Below are positions 30,290 through 41,179 of a stretch of 64,000 nucleotides of DNA, one piece after another; positions within the stretch are counted from its first letter, which is position 1, and each line of letters opens with the position of its first letter. The position numbers and the translations under genes were made by a program. The stretch spans positions 186,001 through 250,000 of the IMG/VR virus record IMGVR_UViG_3300005965_000002, one strand, 5' to 3'. The notes under the pieces are model-generated. The model was not told where the DNA came from. It searched no databases and saw nothing but the letters and a program-made list of their open reading frames with translations.

Positions 30290-33200
30290 ATGAGCATCGT
30301 TTATGTATATAAGAAGGCTACTGGGGCTAATAACGGTACTAGTTGGACAGACGCTTATACCGAACTTTATACAGCGGTTAATAATGCCTCTGCGGGGGAT
30401 GAGCTTTGGGTAGCGCAAAGCAACGGTTTCCTTGAGTGGTACCATCCGGGACCTGGTGTTTCTCCTAGCACTGAAGTAATAACAGTAAATAAGCCTTTAA
30501 CCATCTACGGTGGGATGCCCGTAGGTAGCACTTCTATTAGTGAAAGAACTTTCGATAAAAAAAGTATACTTAACGGGCAAAGTAACTCTTTTCATTCCCT
30601 ATTAAAGCTCGAAATTAGTACAGGCGAGTTTATATTAGATAATTTTGACATAGTGAATTTTGGTACTACGTCATCATACCCCATTATAGTGGACGGTACT
30701 GGCCCGGAAATAACACAGGTTAAGTTTAAAAATTGTTTATTTGAAGGTAATGTGTCTTCTGTAGCTTGTGTATATGAATTAGCTTCAAATAATTCTGTTT
30801 TGGCTATAGAAAATTGTTATTTCACCAGGAATGAAGGCAAACTTTCTTCCTGTATTTCTAAAAATAGTATCTTAGCACTTTATGTAAATAATTCAGCATT
30901 TTTTAATAATAAGGCTGATTCTACGACAACTACACAGTCGGGAGCAATCTATTCTATATATGAGACAACGATAGACAACTGCGTTTTTAAAGAAAATGAA
31001 GGTGATCTCGCAGGAGCAGTTTATATAGTTAATTACGGGGCTTATACAATAGATATAAATCATTGTGTTTTTTACAAAAATAAATCAACTGCAAATCCTG
31101 CCCTATATGGAAGTGGGGGGGCTCTTCGTATAGCAACTAAAAGTGATGAAAGCGTAAAGAACTCTATCTTTTGGGAAAATGAGAGCACGTTATCTTCAAA
31201 CGGTAACCAGATATATGTAATAAATACAAGTTCTACAACTGTATCCTTTGAAGTGCAGCATTGTTGTATTCAGGACGGTATCTCGACAGGAGCAGTACTA
31301 ACAGAGAATAGTCCAGGAAACATAGTTGTTTCAGATGACGGCACGCTAGTCATAACTGACCCACTATTTAGAGAACCTTCTTTATTTGGGTTTGATGCTC
31401 ATTCTTTTCTTTGTGAAGGCCAAGCTTTAGACGGTTTAGATATAGGTATTGTAGGAAACGATGTATCGGATTTTGAGTTTTTTCCCACTTCTGGATTTTC
31501 GCCTCTATCTACTACAGCCGTTTCGACCGGTAGGTATAAATGGGGTTATGAATTTGATTTCTTATGGGAAATAGATGGGGTTTCAAAAACAGATCCGCTT
31601 CCCACATATAACCTTGAAGAAGCAAAATATTATAATGTTTCCTTACATACTAAGGTAGTAGAATTTTCAGTTTATTTATGTGGCTTTTCCTCTGCCTATA
31701 AATATGAGGATTCCTCGATAAAATTATCCTATTTAAATGTAGAAACTAATATTAATCCCTCTTTTACTGTAACTCCTATAGAGGGTGATGTACCATTAAA
31801 TGTAAAATTTACTGACACCACTACGGGTACAATTACTTCTTGGCTGTGGTCTTTCGGAGATGATGGGACGGATACCGATCAAAATCCTGATCGTACTTTT
31901 GCAGCAAATGGTCTCTATGATGTAGAATTAACGGTTACCGGTCCTGAGGGTAGTTTTTCTACTAATCTATTCGAGCAAACAGGAGAAGACTATATTAATG
32001 TAAGACCTGTAGCGGATTTCAACCTAAGTTCTTCTATTATATCTATTGGTGACACTGTTAATTTTACTGATCAGTCATTAGTGACCATATGCGGATGGGT
32101 TTGGTCGTGGTATAAAAAAGGGAGCTCGCCTGAGGACGGGGAAATATTTTATTCTACAGAACCGGAAGCTTTAAACTGGCCCTATGAAGATCCTTCCCTA
32201 ACTTTTTCAAGTCCTACGTTCTCTCCCGGGGAGACATATGTAGTTTCGTTAAAGGTTTATAGTCCTTATGAAGGGACTGTTATCGATGATGAAGCGAATA
32301 TTAGCAATAATACAACCACTAAAGAAGTGACTATACTTGCTGAAGTTTCCGCTAATTTTACTTTTACTCCTAATACAGGCCAGCAGCCATTAACTGTAAA
32401 TTTTGAGGATACCTCTACCGGAGGTGCAGATGCTTGGAGTTGGGATTTTGGTGACGGGGACACATCTACCAGTCAGGATCCTAGTCATACCTATACCGAA
32501 AATGGTTCCTATACTGTTACACTTACGGCTACACGTACTAGCCCGGCTTCTACCGATACTATTACTAAAACTGTAAATGTTTCCCCTAGGGCTGAATTTG
32601 AAGCTAGCCCAGTTTCAGGATACACCCCGCTAACCGTGCAGTTTACTGATAAGTCGGTGACTACAGTAACTAACTGGCAGTGGTATTTTGGAGATGGTAC
32701 CTCAAGTAGTTCTCAGAACCCCACAAAGACTTACAACCAAACTGGGACTTATACTGTTGAACTCATAGTTACAGGTCCTGGGGGGTCAGGATCAGCTACT
32801 AAAACAGATTACATTACTGCTGACTTCCCGGGAGATGCATACTATGTAGACTTAAACAAAACAGCTTCTGGGGCAGGCACGGAGACCGACCCTTTTAATT
32901 ATGAAGATTTTAGTAGTAGAACAACAAGCGCTGATAACTCCTTGGAGTATAAAATTAGAGGTTCATTAAATCTACAACAAGGTGTTCATTCTTCTTCTAC
33001 AATTGGAGAATCGAATATAGTAATGACGCCTTGGGATTTAGATAGGTATGGTCCTTGGCGATTACATGTGTCTTCATCAAACTTTGATAATCTAAATATA
33101 TCAGCAAAGAAAATTTCTGGTGCTATCCTAGCTACTGATTTAGATATTTCGTCTGGGGATCCCGTAAGATTCAATTTATACCTATGTGGATCCACTATAG

Positions 33201-34297
33201 AAAACACTCATATAGTTTCACATGATAGATTATTTTTTACACTTTACGGGGATGCGTACATATGTGGTAGTAATATAGTCGGGCCCAGTGGGAATAAAAC
33301 TCTTCTCGATATAAATAGCGAAGAGGATTCTGATCCTGTTCAATTTTCTATTAAAGACTCTATTATAGATTTTAAGGATTTAGGAGTAACGGGAGATAGC
33401 GCTAAGCTAGAGGGGTCCATCCTGAGGACAAGCAACACATCTTTTAACTATGGTGGAATAAATAGAATTGGGGATTTACATGGTATCACGGGTATTCATG
33501 TGGATCCACAATTTGATTTTGATATACCAGAGGCGTGGCCTGATTGGAACGCTGGAGCTAATGCCTCTACTAGCCCAGATGACTCAACAAAGTGGGCAAG
33601 GTGGTCTACCTGGGGTAAATTAGTACGGGTAGGCAGCAGTGAGTATACGGAGATACCCACGGGTTTATTTGAGAATGATAGGCTAGGTATAGGTGCTCTA
33701 TATTTTGATACTAACCCAACATTTACGGTTAACTATACAGAAGGTAACCTTGTTAGTGTACTGGATAGACCAGAAAAAACTTGTAATCAATTTATAGCGA
33801 TAGGGTGGGTAAAAAACCCATCTGTTTCTGACGGCAAAATTATTTATCCTATAGCTGTGTCAGATATGTACGGGAATGTCCTTGGAGATGATGTTGCTTC
33901 TTTTAAAATAGGAATAAAAAGGGAAGACGAGGACTATCGTCTTGTTTATTCCGGAGCGCAGTCTTTGCTAATAAATAGATCTAATAGAATAGATTTAGCT
34001 GATAATAAATGGCATTTTTTGAGCTATGTTTGTGTTAATGATGAAGGGTTAATGAAGTTCTATGTCGATGGTATTGAGGTTCCTTCTGATACGGATACGG
34101 ATGATGAGGGTTTTACAAAGAATATAGCCAGGTCTAAATTTGTGCGCATAGGAGGAGGGGATGTCTATAGCCCCTACCTTACTCAAGAGAGTTCTGCTAT
34201 ATCGCTGTATAATTGGAGAGTAGGATTTAATTTTACCATTCATCAAGAATGGCTAAAAGAGTTAATGGAAATAGATAAAACAAACTTGGGTATATAA
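30290..34297 (+). CDS. Adhesin-like protein: PMP-like right-handed beta-helix + ~5 PKD + W[DN]x4GPW module + LamG-like domain
   Basis: N-terminal YVYKKATGANNGTSWTDAY...GDELWVAQ and FxxN/GAI-type repeats. PKD cores. WDLDRYGPWR. C-terminal FIAIGWVK...KWHFLSYV...KFYVDG...LYNWRV. Confidence 0.75.
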   Translation: MSIVYVYKKATGANNGTSWTDAYTELYTAVNNASAGDELWVAQSNGFLEWYHPGPGVSPSTEVITVNKPLTIYGGMPVGSTSISERTFDKKSILNGQSNSFHSLLKLEISTGEFILDNFDIVNFGTTSSYPIIVDGTGPEITQVKFKNCLFEGNVSSVACVYELASNNSVLAIENCYFTRNEGKLSSCISKNSILALYVNNSAFFNNKADSTTTTQSGAIYSIYETTIDNCVFKENEGDLAGAVYIVNYGAYTIDINHCVFYKNKSTANPALYGSGGALRIATKSDESVKNSIFWENESTLSSNGNQIYVINTSSTTVSFEVQHCCIQDGISTGAVLTENSPGNIVVSDDGTLVITDPLFREPSLFGFDAHSFLCEGQALDGLDIGIVGNDVSDFEFFPTSGFSPLSTTAVSTGRYKWGYEFDFLWEIDGVSKTDPLPTYNLEEAKYYNVSLHTKVVEFSVYLCGFSSAYKYEDSSIKLSYLNVETNINPSFTVTPIEGDVPLNVKFTDTTTGTITSWLWSFGDDGTDTDQNPDRTFAANGLYDVELTVTGPEGSFSTNLFEQTGEDYINVRPVADFNLSSSIISIGDTVNFTDQSLVTICGWVWSWYKKGSSPEDGEIFYSTEPEALNWPYEDPSLTFSSPTFSPGETYVVSLKVYSPYEGTVIDDEANISNNTTTKEVTILAEVSANFTFTPNTGQQPLTVNFEDTSTGGADAWSWDFGDGDTSTSQDPSHTYTENGSYTVTLTATRTSPASTDTITKTVNVSPRAEFEASPVSGYTPLTVQFTDKSVTTVTNWQWYFGDGTSSSSQNPTKTYNQTGTYTVELIVTGPGGSGSATKTDYITADFPGDAYYVDLNKTASGAGTETDPFNYEDFSSRTTSADNSLEYKIRGSLNLQQGVHSSSTIGESNIVMTPWDLDRYGPWRLHVSSSNFDNLNISAKKISGAILATDLDISSGDPVRFNLYLCGSTIENTHIVSHDRLFFTLYGDAYICGSNIVGPSGNKTLLDINSEEDSDPVQFSIKDSIIDFKDLGVTGDSAKLEGSILRTSNTSFNYGGINRIGDLHGITGIHVDPQFDFDIPEAWPDWNAGANASTSPDDSTKWARWSTWGKLVRVGSSEYTEIPTGLFENDRLGIGALYFDTNPTFTVNYTEGNLVSVLDRPEKTCNQFIAIGWVKNPSVSDGKIIYPIAVSDMYGNVLGDDVASFKIGIKREDEDYRLVYSGAQSLLINRSNRIDLADNKWHFLSYVCVNDEGLMKFYVDGIEVPSDTDTDDEGFTKNIARSKFVRIGGGDVYSPYLTQESSAISLYNWRVGFNFTIHQEWLKELMEIDKTNLGI

Positions 34298-34306
34298 GAG
34301 GGCGTA

Positions 34307-37300
34307 ATGGCGATTATTTATGTAAATGAAAGCGCAAGCGGTTCAAATAATGGTACTACTTGGACTGATGCTTACACTAGCCTAGTTACAGCTTTATCCT
34401 CGGCGACTGACGGGGATGAGTTGTGGGTGGCCCAAGGTACATATTCACCAGGAGGGGCAGCGGGTGACTTTTTTGACGTTGCTGTTTCCAACCTAAGTAT
34501 ATACGGAGGGTTTCGAGGGGATGAAGTAAATAAGAATCAGAGAGATAGAACAAGATTTGAATCCATTCTCGACGGCGACGGTGTAAATGAAGCGATATTA
34601 AAAAATACAAACACAACATATCCATCCACTCTAATAATAGACAGTCTGTATTTTGAAAATTGCGCAGGTGATTTTTTCTTATCAGCTTTAGTCTTTAATT
34701 ATTCAGGAACAGACGGAGACGATAACTTAGAAGTATACAATAGCGTGTTCCGCAATAATAGCGGTTTCGACGGCGGTGCCGTTACAATTATAGGAAACGC
34801 ATTTTATTCTTATTGGAAAATAGAGAATTGTGAGTTTTATAATAACACAGCCTCACGCAATGGTGGGGCTATTTATGTGGGTGGTACATATGTTGGCGGT
34901 ACAAATATTAGGAATTGTATGTTTCATAACAATTCTGCTGTTAGAGGCGGTGCCGTTTATATTAGTACAAGACTAAATGTCTTGGAATCTTGTGCGTTCT
35001 ATAATAATACCGTGACAGAGAACGGTGGTGCTGTATACAATACGTTAACAACAGCAACCTTCAGAAACAATTCTTTCTACGGGAATACAGCGGGTATTAA
35101 CGGTGGAGCACTTTTCATAGTTAACTCAAATACAGACCCTTATAATTGTGTTTTTTATGGTAACACCGCTACTTCCTCAGGTAATGACATTTATGTAGAT
35201 CCTTTTGTTTTAGGTTCCGAAATAAACTATTGCTCTGCTACGTCTTTATCCGCACCTGATGTAGTAAATATTACAATTGGTAGTAGTAATGTAGCTGGAG
35301 ATCCAAATTTTGTCGATCCTTCTAATGGCGACTTAAGGTTAAAGTATACATCACAATGCATTGACGCTGGAGATGGAGATAACGCCACTACATACGACAT
35401 CGAAGGGAATCCAAGAGTCCAGGTAAAAACTAGTCCTGCTGGCACAGGGTCTCCCAATTATACAGATATGGGAGCCTATGAGTTTTCAGATGCTGTGAAA
35501 AGATATTACGTACAGCTTAGTAACTCATACACGTCTACAGGCCATACAGGTTCATATAATGATCCATACTCTTATGAAGATTTTGTAAGTAATATTTCCG
35601 CTGCTACAGGTAGAGCTATCTATCTTTTAAAGGGGACAAGGTCCTCATCCCTATCGGATATTACCGCTACCTCTCTTTATCAAGTAAGCCTTATCGCTTG
35701 GGACTTAAATGAGTACGGTCCCTGGAGAATACTACAGCCATCGAATGCTTTTGATGTAGATGCTTATATGCAAGATGGTATTGTAGATGCTGAGCGCATT
35801 TACTCTCTTAATGGAAGTAAGAGAATGTATATGCAGGGTAGTGCCGCGTCTACGACCGACTATATAGCGGGTACCCACGAACAAACTAATTTCGTAAATA
35901 CGGGTACGTCTAATCCGTTTACAGTAGAGACAGGAGACACAGCTACTGTCGATAGGTGCATCTTCAATGGTAATGAGGTTTTTGTAGATACCGGCGCTAC
36001 ATTTACCGTATCTAACAGTGTCAGTAATATTATTACCGGAGGAGCCTTTCTCACGGGCACAGGCACTATTAGCTCCTCTAATATGACATACGGATGGAAT
36101 CCTCCAGTTCTGCCGAGTAACACGAGTACAGATCTAACTGTATTTTCCTTAGATGGAGGTACTAGCCCAGCAACAATAAGTGATACTGCTGGGGTAGGGT
36201 ATGACGACGGATGGGCTAATGGTGAGTCTATATTTGTTAATCTATCCGTATCTTCTACAGGTAATGATGGTTACTATGGGGAAAATGCTGTAGGACTAAC
36301 CGAATTTATAGCAGCACTTTCGGATGGTCTAACATTTTATTTAAGAGGAAAAGCAAGTCTTCCAAGTTCTACGAATATCACAATAACATCAGGCACAGCA
36401 TCTTTTAAAGCCTGGAATCTTTCTAAGTATGGACCGTGGAAGTTAGAGATTAATAAGAATGCTGTAGGAGGTTTTTCCTCTGGCAGAGTCAACATGCAAG
36501 GTGGAAGTATAAGAAATAATTATTCAGGGGGAGCGGGTGACTTATTTCTTAATAACGGAGAAGATCTTTACATAGAGTCGGTTGGTAATCAATCAACTAT
36601 TTACGGTAACTTAACTAGATGTACCCTTAATTTTGATACGAGAGTACTTGTACAAAGTGACAGTAGCGCAACTTTTAATAATTGCATACTGAATAAAACA
36701 GGGTCGGCTAAGCTAGATTGTCAGAATGTAGGCGTAGACTTGATAATTAGCAATAGCATATCTGATGCGTCTAACTTCGCGGATTTGGTAGATGATAACT
36801 CAAGCGGTGGAGCCCTAGTATATGGAGAAGATAACACCTTTAACTGGACGGCTCCTACATTACCAGATTGGGATACCTCAGACTATAATGAATATCGATT
36901 AGCGGGATCGCCGTCAGCTATTTATTATGGTGTGCAGAGTTTTCTTACCACGATTTACGTAGACATAGCAAGTAGTAATGATACCTCTCTTACAGAAGGC
37001 GGTGATAGCTCATCCCCGGCATCTTACATATATTTAAATGATGTTATCTCTAGGATGCGCGGAGGGGATTTTAGGCTAAAAGGCGTGAGGGATATCACGA
37101 ATACTGCTGCCGATGAGATTTATTGGTTAAATGAGGGTATACCGTATAGAAACAACCTTTTATCTGATTGGGATAATGATACCGAAGGGCCCTGGAGATT
37201 AAGAGCCGACAAAGTTACCCTTAGTGGGGTAAACTTATTTAATGGTATCATATACTCGGATAAGCATGTTTATCTAACTGGATACACTATAGAGCCCTAT

Positions 37301-40300
37301 ACCGACACAACTTACTTTAGAGATGTCTTTGTAAGGGCGAGTGACCAGATAATAATAGGGTCTGGGGGATATGAGTTCTACGGCGACACGCTTCTTTCCG
37401 AAGCTAATCCCATAGCTTTTGTAGAGACAGTACCTCTAAGCCAGAACAATACCTGGTCTTATATAAACGATGGTTTTGTAGGCGGTGAATATAACACTTG
37501 GTGGAGTACCGATTTTAGAACAGGTACTGACGCATGGGAGCTTGAGGAAATACCCGAAGGTAGTGATAACTGGGTAGCGGTTCAGAATAGTTCTGTAAAT
37601 GTAAGGCTGACTCCTACGGGAGTAGCTTTAACTGGAGATTTTGTTTATAGATTCTGTATAGTAGATTCTAAAACTGGATTAGGAAATAGATCAGAAAAGT
37701 TTTATATATATGACGATACTGCGGGAACAGCTCGAGGCGGAATTGAATTCAGTATGGGCACAAATGTGCTCGAATTTGTAGATGCTTCCTTAGTAACTCT
37801 CGATTCTGTTATAGTGCCTACGGATCTTTATGACAAAATCTATATAGAGTTAAGGAGAAAAGATGGCGTAATTACTGCATCTTACTCCCCATATGTGCCA
37901 GATAATTATACGGATTTTTCTGGATCGTATACTTATGCCGACCCACATTACATAGTAATGGAGGGTGGTGATGTTATAGGTGCAGGCTGCTTTGCTCTGC
38001 AGGTTGAGGGTTCTACACCAGGGGATACTTCTAGTTTACCATATGGAGCAAAAGACCTTGATGCTATTCTAAAGGATTCTGTAATAGATACTCTCACTGT
38101 TTCTGAATCTTCATGGTCTTTTAATAGCATAAGTCTTTCTTATATAGCACAAACAGATAGTACGTGGTCAGCTAGTGGCTTAGTGTATTCCGGAACCAAT
38201 CAGTCTGGATGGGTTTCAGCTACTTGGCCAGCTTGGTCCTCCGTTTTATCTAATACAAAGGCAGATTTTGGGCTTTCTGTTATAGGATCAGGAATCACTC
38301 TATCAGGTTCAGGAAATTATACCAATTATAATGAGGGTCTGTGGGGAGAAATTAGAACAAATGTTGGGGCGTATTACTTTGATACAGCTCTAAATTTTAC
38401 GGCTTCTCCCACTCTAGCCTATTTTAGCCCTACTAACCCGGCACCTGTTACATTTACAGCAATTGATGATACGGGCGCTACCTCATGGAGATGGGATTTT
38501 GGGGATGGTACTGATTTTTATACTACCGATCCTTTATTTAAAAACCCGACCCACAGCTATACGTCAGAAGGTGTGTTTACTGTCTCCTTGACTATAAACG
38601 AATCCCCTGTTACTACAGTTACTAAAGCGGGATACATAATAATTCTTAGGACTCTAGAAGCTACCATAGTAGCTGATCCTCGTTTTTACTATGGGGCTAT
38701 ACCTCCTGGCGGGCTTCCTGTAGATTTTGGAGTAACTAACCCCACTAGGACATTAGATCCTACACCTGCTGGGGTTTACCCTGGTTTTTCCTGGGATTAT
38801 GGAGACGGATCTGCTGTAGTCACAGGATTAACGGGGCCTTCCCACGATTTTACTTCTTATGGAACGTTTAATGCACAATTAACAGTAAGAGACATAGGAG
38901 TTTCGGGTCTAGATTCCACAAAGCAGCTCACATCATTTGATATTGATGTTAAGATTTATAATCTAACTATATCTGTAAGCCCTACTTTAGGTAAAAAGCC
39001 TTTAGTTGTCAATTTTACAGCGACGCCTGCCTCTGGATTTTCTCCTGTGTCCTATCATTGGATATTCAGAGATGGGGCGGAATCATCCTCTCAGAGCCCG
39101 ACGCATCAGTATACAACTGAAGGAGTGTATGATACAGTACTGATAATAGATCAAGGTTTTGCTACTCAACAGATATTTAGCTCGGATGCAAGTTATCCAG
39201 GAGTCGATGTTGTTGACCCTGATATGCAAGTAATTGTATCCAGCGTTGATTCTGTTTTTACCGTATCTCCTATTTATGGGTATATTCCTTTAACCGGCTT
39301 GTTTGAAGACAATAGTATAGGTAATATAACCGGTTGGCAGTGGGATTTTGATGATGGCTCCTCTCAGGTACTAGGGGAAACAGGACTTTTTCATATCTAC
39401 GACACGGCTAATACATATAATCCTACACTTACCGTGTATGATATATACGGTCTTACGGATACATCTTCTGCAGAGGTGATAGCATTATCTCCTTTAGATA
39501 TAGATGTCTCAGATTCGACACCAACCGTAACTCAGTCAGTAACCTTCAGCCCTGTTAATGATACTTACGCTAATCAATGGGTGTGGGATCTTATTTATGT
39601 GGATCCAATACTCGGAGAGATAACAATAGATCGAAAAACAACTTCTACACAAGCTGACAGAAACTACGTAAAAGATATAGTAGTACCTGGTGATTATAAA
39701 ATCCAACTTACTATTACGGATGACCTGGGTAACTCGTATAGTAAAATCGAATCTTTTACAGCATCCGAAAATATCAGCATCGTCACTGATCCTTCTCCCG
39801 CTACAGGAGAAGTTCCTTTAGAGGTTGATTTTTCTACTTCTGGTTTGGACCTGACAGGAATTAATAGTATTAAATGGGATTTAAATGGTGATGGGACAAC
39901 GGATTCAACAAGCGATACTTCTTCTTATACTTATAATACTCCGGATACTTATTCTTCTACCCTGGTAGTAGAGTGGCATATTGAGGATGTTGACAACTCA
40001 GCGCTATCTACTACGGTGTCTATCCAGAGAGGAATTTTTGTAATAGCCGGTCAGAATCCTCTTGTGATTTCGATTTCTGCTAATCCCTTACATGGACATA
40101 AACCTCTTGTGTCTACTTTTGCAGGATCTGCAAATAATAGCGTTTCTACCTGGAAGTGGGAAGTAAGAAAAGCATCGACCTCATATACTACTATCGGTTC
40201 AACACAGCAGATTACATATACTTTTTCTGAGTCCGGTGAGTACTCGGTTAGACTTACAGTTACGGATGTGTATGGGGAAACTGATTCTGCTACTGTAAGA

Positions 40301-40495
40301 ATAACTGTCGTAAACGATATCTCCACTTACGATAGAGCCCCGGATCCAGATAAGTTAATGGAGATTACCGGGCCTGGGCAGCTTCAGATTTTTAATGGTG
40401 GTAGAGGCGTACGCTTTAGGATACCGAGTGGGGAAACAAGCCAAAAACCCTATGGCTTTAAGAGATCCAACGGGCCTAGCCATATATATGATTAG
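34307..40495 (+). CDS. Large adhesin-like protein (2062 aa): PMP-like beta-helix + three W[DN]x4GPW modules + ~7 PKD domains
   Basis: YVNESASGSNNGTTWTDAY...GDELWVAQGTY. Five FxxN...GGA[IVL] repeats. DPNFVD...DLRL...CIDAG...DMGAYEF (choice-of-anchor-Q-like end). C-terminal PKD array. Confidence 0.78.
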   Translation: MAIIYVNESASGSNNGTTWTDAYTSLVTALSSATDGDELWVAQGTYSPGGAAGDFFDVAVSNLSIYGGFRGDEVNKNQRDRTRFESILDGDGVNEAILKNTNTTYPSTLIIDSLYFENCAGDFFLSALVFNYSGTDGDDNLEVYNSVFRNNSGFDGGAVTIIGNAFYSYWKIENCEFYNNTASRNGGAIYVGGTYVGGTNIRNCMFHNNSAVRGGAVYISTRLNVLESCAFYNNTVTENGGAVYNTLTTATFRNNSFYGNTAGINGGALFIVNSNTDPYNCVFYGNTATSSGNDIYVDPFVLGSEINYCSATSLSAPDVVNITIGSSNVAGDPNFVDPSNGDLRLKYTSQCIDAGDGDNATTYDIEGNPRVQVKTSPAGTGSPNYTDMGAYEFSDAVKRYYVQLSNSYTSTGHTGSYNDPYSYEDFVSNISAATGRAIYLLKGTRSSSLSDITATSLYQVSLIAWDLNEYGPWRILQPSNAFDVDAYMQDGIVDAERIYSLNGSKRMYMQGSAASTTDYIAGTHEQTNFVNTGTSNPFTVETGDTATVDRCIFNGNEVFVDTGATFTVSNSVSNIITGGAFLTGTGTISSSNMTYGWNPPVLPSNTSTDLTVFSLDGGTSPATISDTAGVGYDDGWANGESIFVNLSVSSTGNDGYYGENAVGLTEFIAALSDGLTFYLRGKASLPSSTNITITSGTASFKAWNLSKYGPWKLEINKNAVGGFSSGRVNMQGGSIRNNYSGGAGDLFLNNGEDLYIESVGNQSTIYGNLTRCTLNFDTRVLVQSDSSATFNNCILNKTGSAKLDCQNVGVDLIISNSISDASNFADLVDDNSSGGALVYGEDNTFNWTAPTLPDWDTSDYNEYRLAGSPSAIYYGVQSFLTTIYVDIASSNDTSLTEGGDSSSPASYIYLNDVISRMRGGDFRLKGVRDITNTAADEIYWLNEGIPYRNNLLSDWDNDTEGPWRLRADKVTLSGVNLFNGIIYSDKHVYLTGYTIEPYTDTTYFRDVFVRASDQIIIGSGGYEFYGDTLLSEANPIAFVETVPLSQNNTWSYINDGFVGGEYNTWWSTDFRTGTDAWELEEIPEGSDNWVAVQNSSVNVRLTPTGVALTGDFVYRFCIVDSKTGLGNRSEKFYIYDDTAGTARGGIEFSMGTNVLEFVDASLVTLDSVIVPTDLYDKIYIELRRKDGVITASYSPYVPDNYTDFSGSYTYADPHYIVMEGGDVIGAGCFALQVEGSTPGDTSSLPYGAKDLDAILKDSVIDTLTVSESSWSFNSISLSYIAQTDSTWSASGLVYSGTNQSGWVSATWPAWSSVLSNTKADFGLSVIGSGITLSGSGNYTNYNEGLWGEIRTNVGAYYFDTALNFTASPTLAYFSPTNPAPVTFTAIDDTGATSWRWDFGDGTDFYTTDPLFKNPTHSYTSEGVFTVSLTINESPVTTVTKAGYIIILRTLEATIVADPRFYYGAIPPGGLPVDFGVTNPTRTLDPTPAGVYPGFSWDYGDGSAVVTGLTGPSHDFTSYGTFNAQLTVRDIGVSGLDSTKQLTSFDIDVKIYNLTISVSPTLGKKPLVVNFTATPASGFSPVSYHWIFRDGAESSSQSPTHQYTTEGVYDTVLIIDQGFATQQIFSSDASYPGVDVVDPDMQVIVSSVDSVFTVSPIYGYIPLTGLFEDNSIGNITGWQWDFDDGSSQVLGETGLFHIYDTANTYNPTLTVYDIYGLTDTSSAEVIALSPLDIDVSDSTPTVTQSVTFSPVNDTYANQWVWDLIYVDPILGEITIDRKTTSTQADRNYVKDIVVPGDYKIQLTITDDLGNSYSKIESFTASENISIVTDPSPATGEVPLEVDFSTSGLDLTGINSIKWDLNGDGTTDSTSDTSSYTYNTPDTYSSTLVVEWHIEDVDNSALSTTVSIQRGIFVIAGQNPLVISISANPLHGHKPLVSTFAGSANNSVSTWKWEVRKASTSYTTIGSTQQITYTFSESGEYSVRLTVTDVYGETDSATVRITVVNDISTYDRAPDPDKLMEITGPGQLQIFNGGRGVRFRIPSGETSQKPYGFKRSNGPSHIYD

Positions 40496-40503
40496 GATAT
40501 GAT

Positions 40504-41151
40504 ATGTTAAAAAGTAAAAAGAACACGATAAATGCTTCTTTAAAACCAACTATATCTAAGGGGACTGTTAGAATAAATGCGGGTTCCTTTGTATTTGATA
40601 ATAATTGGATAAATTTTAGAGGCAAACTGTTTAAGCTAGATGACTATATAGGTAGGGTCTTAGCTCCGCCTAGGACAAGGTTTTTTAATGATCGAAATTA
40701 CGCTTTCTATTTAGTTATTGGATTAGATAAAAATGGGGAGCTGACTTATTTAGAGGGTAACCAGGTAAAGTTTTCTTCTATTAAGTCTGTACCAGTACCG
40801 TCTGTGATAGATATTATTCCTCTTGTGGGGCTTATTGTTATTCAGGATGGCTCTAGAGATCTAAACTTTGGCTACAAACCTTTGAATGATTCCAATGTCA
40901 TATTTTTTTCTGGTGCCGGTAATGTCCTCGATAAAGATAAAAAGGGAATTCAGGGAGAATCAAATAGATCATATGGGTATACAGGGCTGTTGGGGGAGAC
41001 AGGAATAGAGGGAGAGCGGGGCGCAAAAGGCTTGAGGGGTGAGACTGGAATAATTGGCCCTACTATTTATGGGGATCGGGGGGAAACCGGTACTAAAGGT
41101 ATGACAGGAATTAACTGGAATATACATATTCCCTTTGAATTCTTTCTCTAA
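40504..41151 (+). CDS. Collagen-like protein 2: shared N-terminal domain + Gly-X-Y repeat, no C-terminal domain
   Basis: GYTGLLGETGIEGERGAKGLRGETGIIGPT...GDRGETGTKGMTG. The N-terminal domain aligns by eye with 41180 and 25147. Confidence 0.78.
   Translation: MLKSKKNTINASLKPTISKGTVRINAGSFVFDNNWINFRGKLFKLDDYIGRVLAPPRTRFFNDRNYAFYLVIGLDKNGELTYLEGNQVKFSSIKSVPVPSVIDIIPLVGLIVIQDGSRDLNFGYKPLNDSNVIFFSGAGNVLDKDKKGIQGESNRSYGYTGLLGETGIEGERGAKGLRGETGIIGPTIYGDRGETGTKGMTGINWNIHIPFEFFL
40945..41115 (+). repeat. Collagen-like Gly-X-Y repeat (about 17 triplets, two interruptions)
   Basis: Read directly from the translation. Thr at the Y position in 6 triplets. Confidence 0.9.
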
Positions 41152-41163
41152 TTATCTAATAAT
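41149..41163 (+). promoter_or_regulatory. Candidate late-promoter motif TAATTATCTAATAAT
   Basis: Overlaps the upstream stop codon exactly as at 16491 and 49000. Confidence 0.55.
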
Positions 41164-41179
41164 AACTTTGGCTTAAAAT

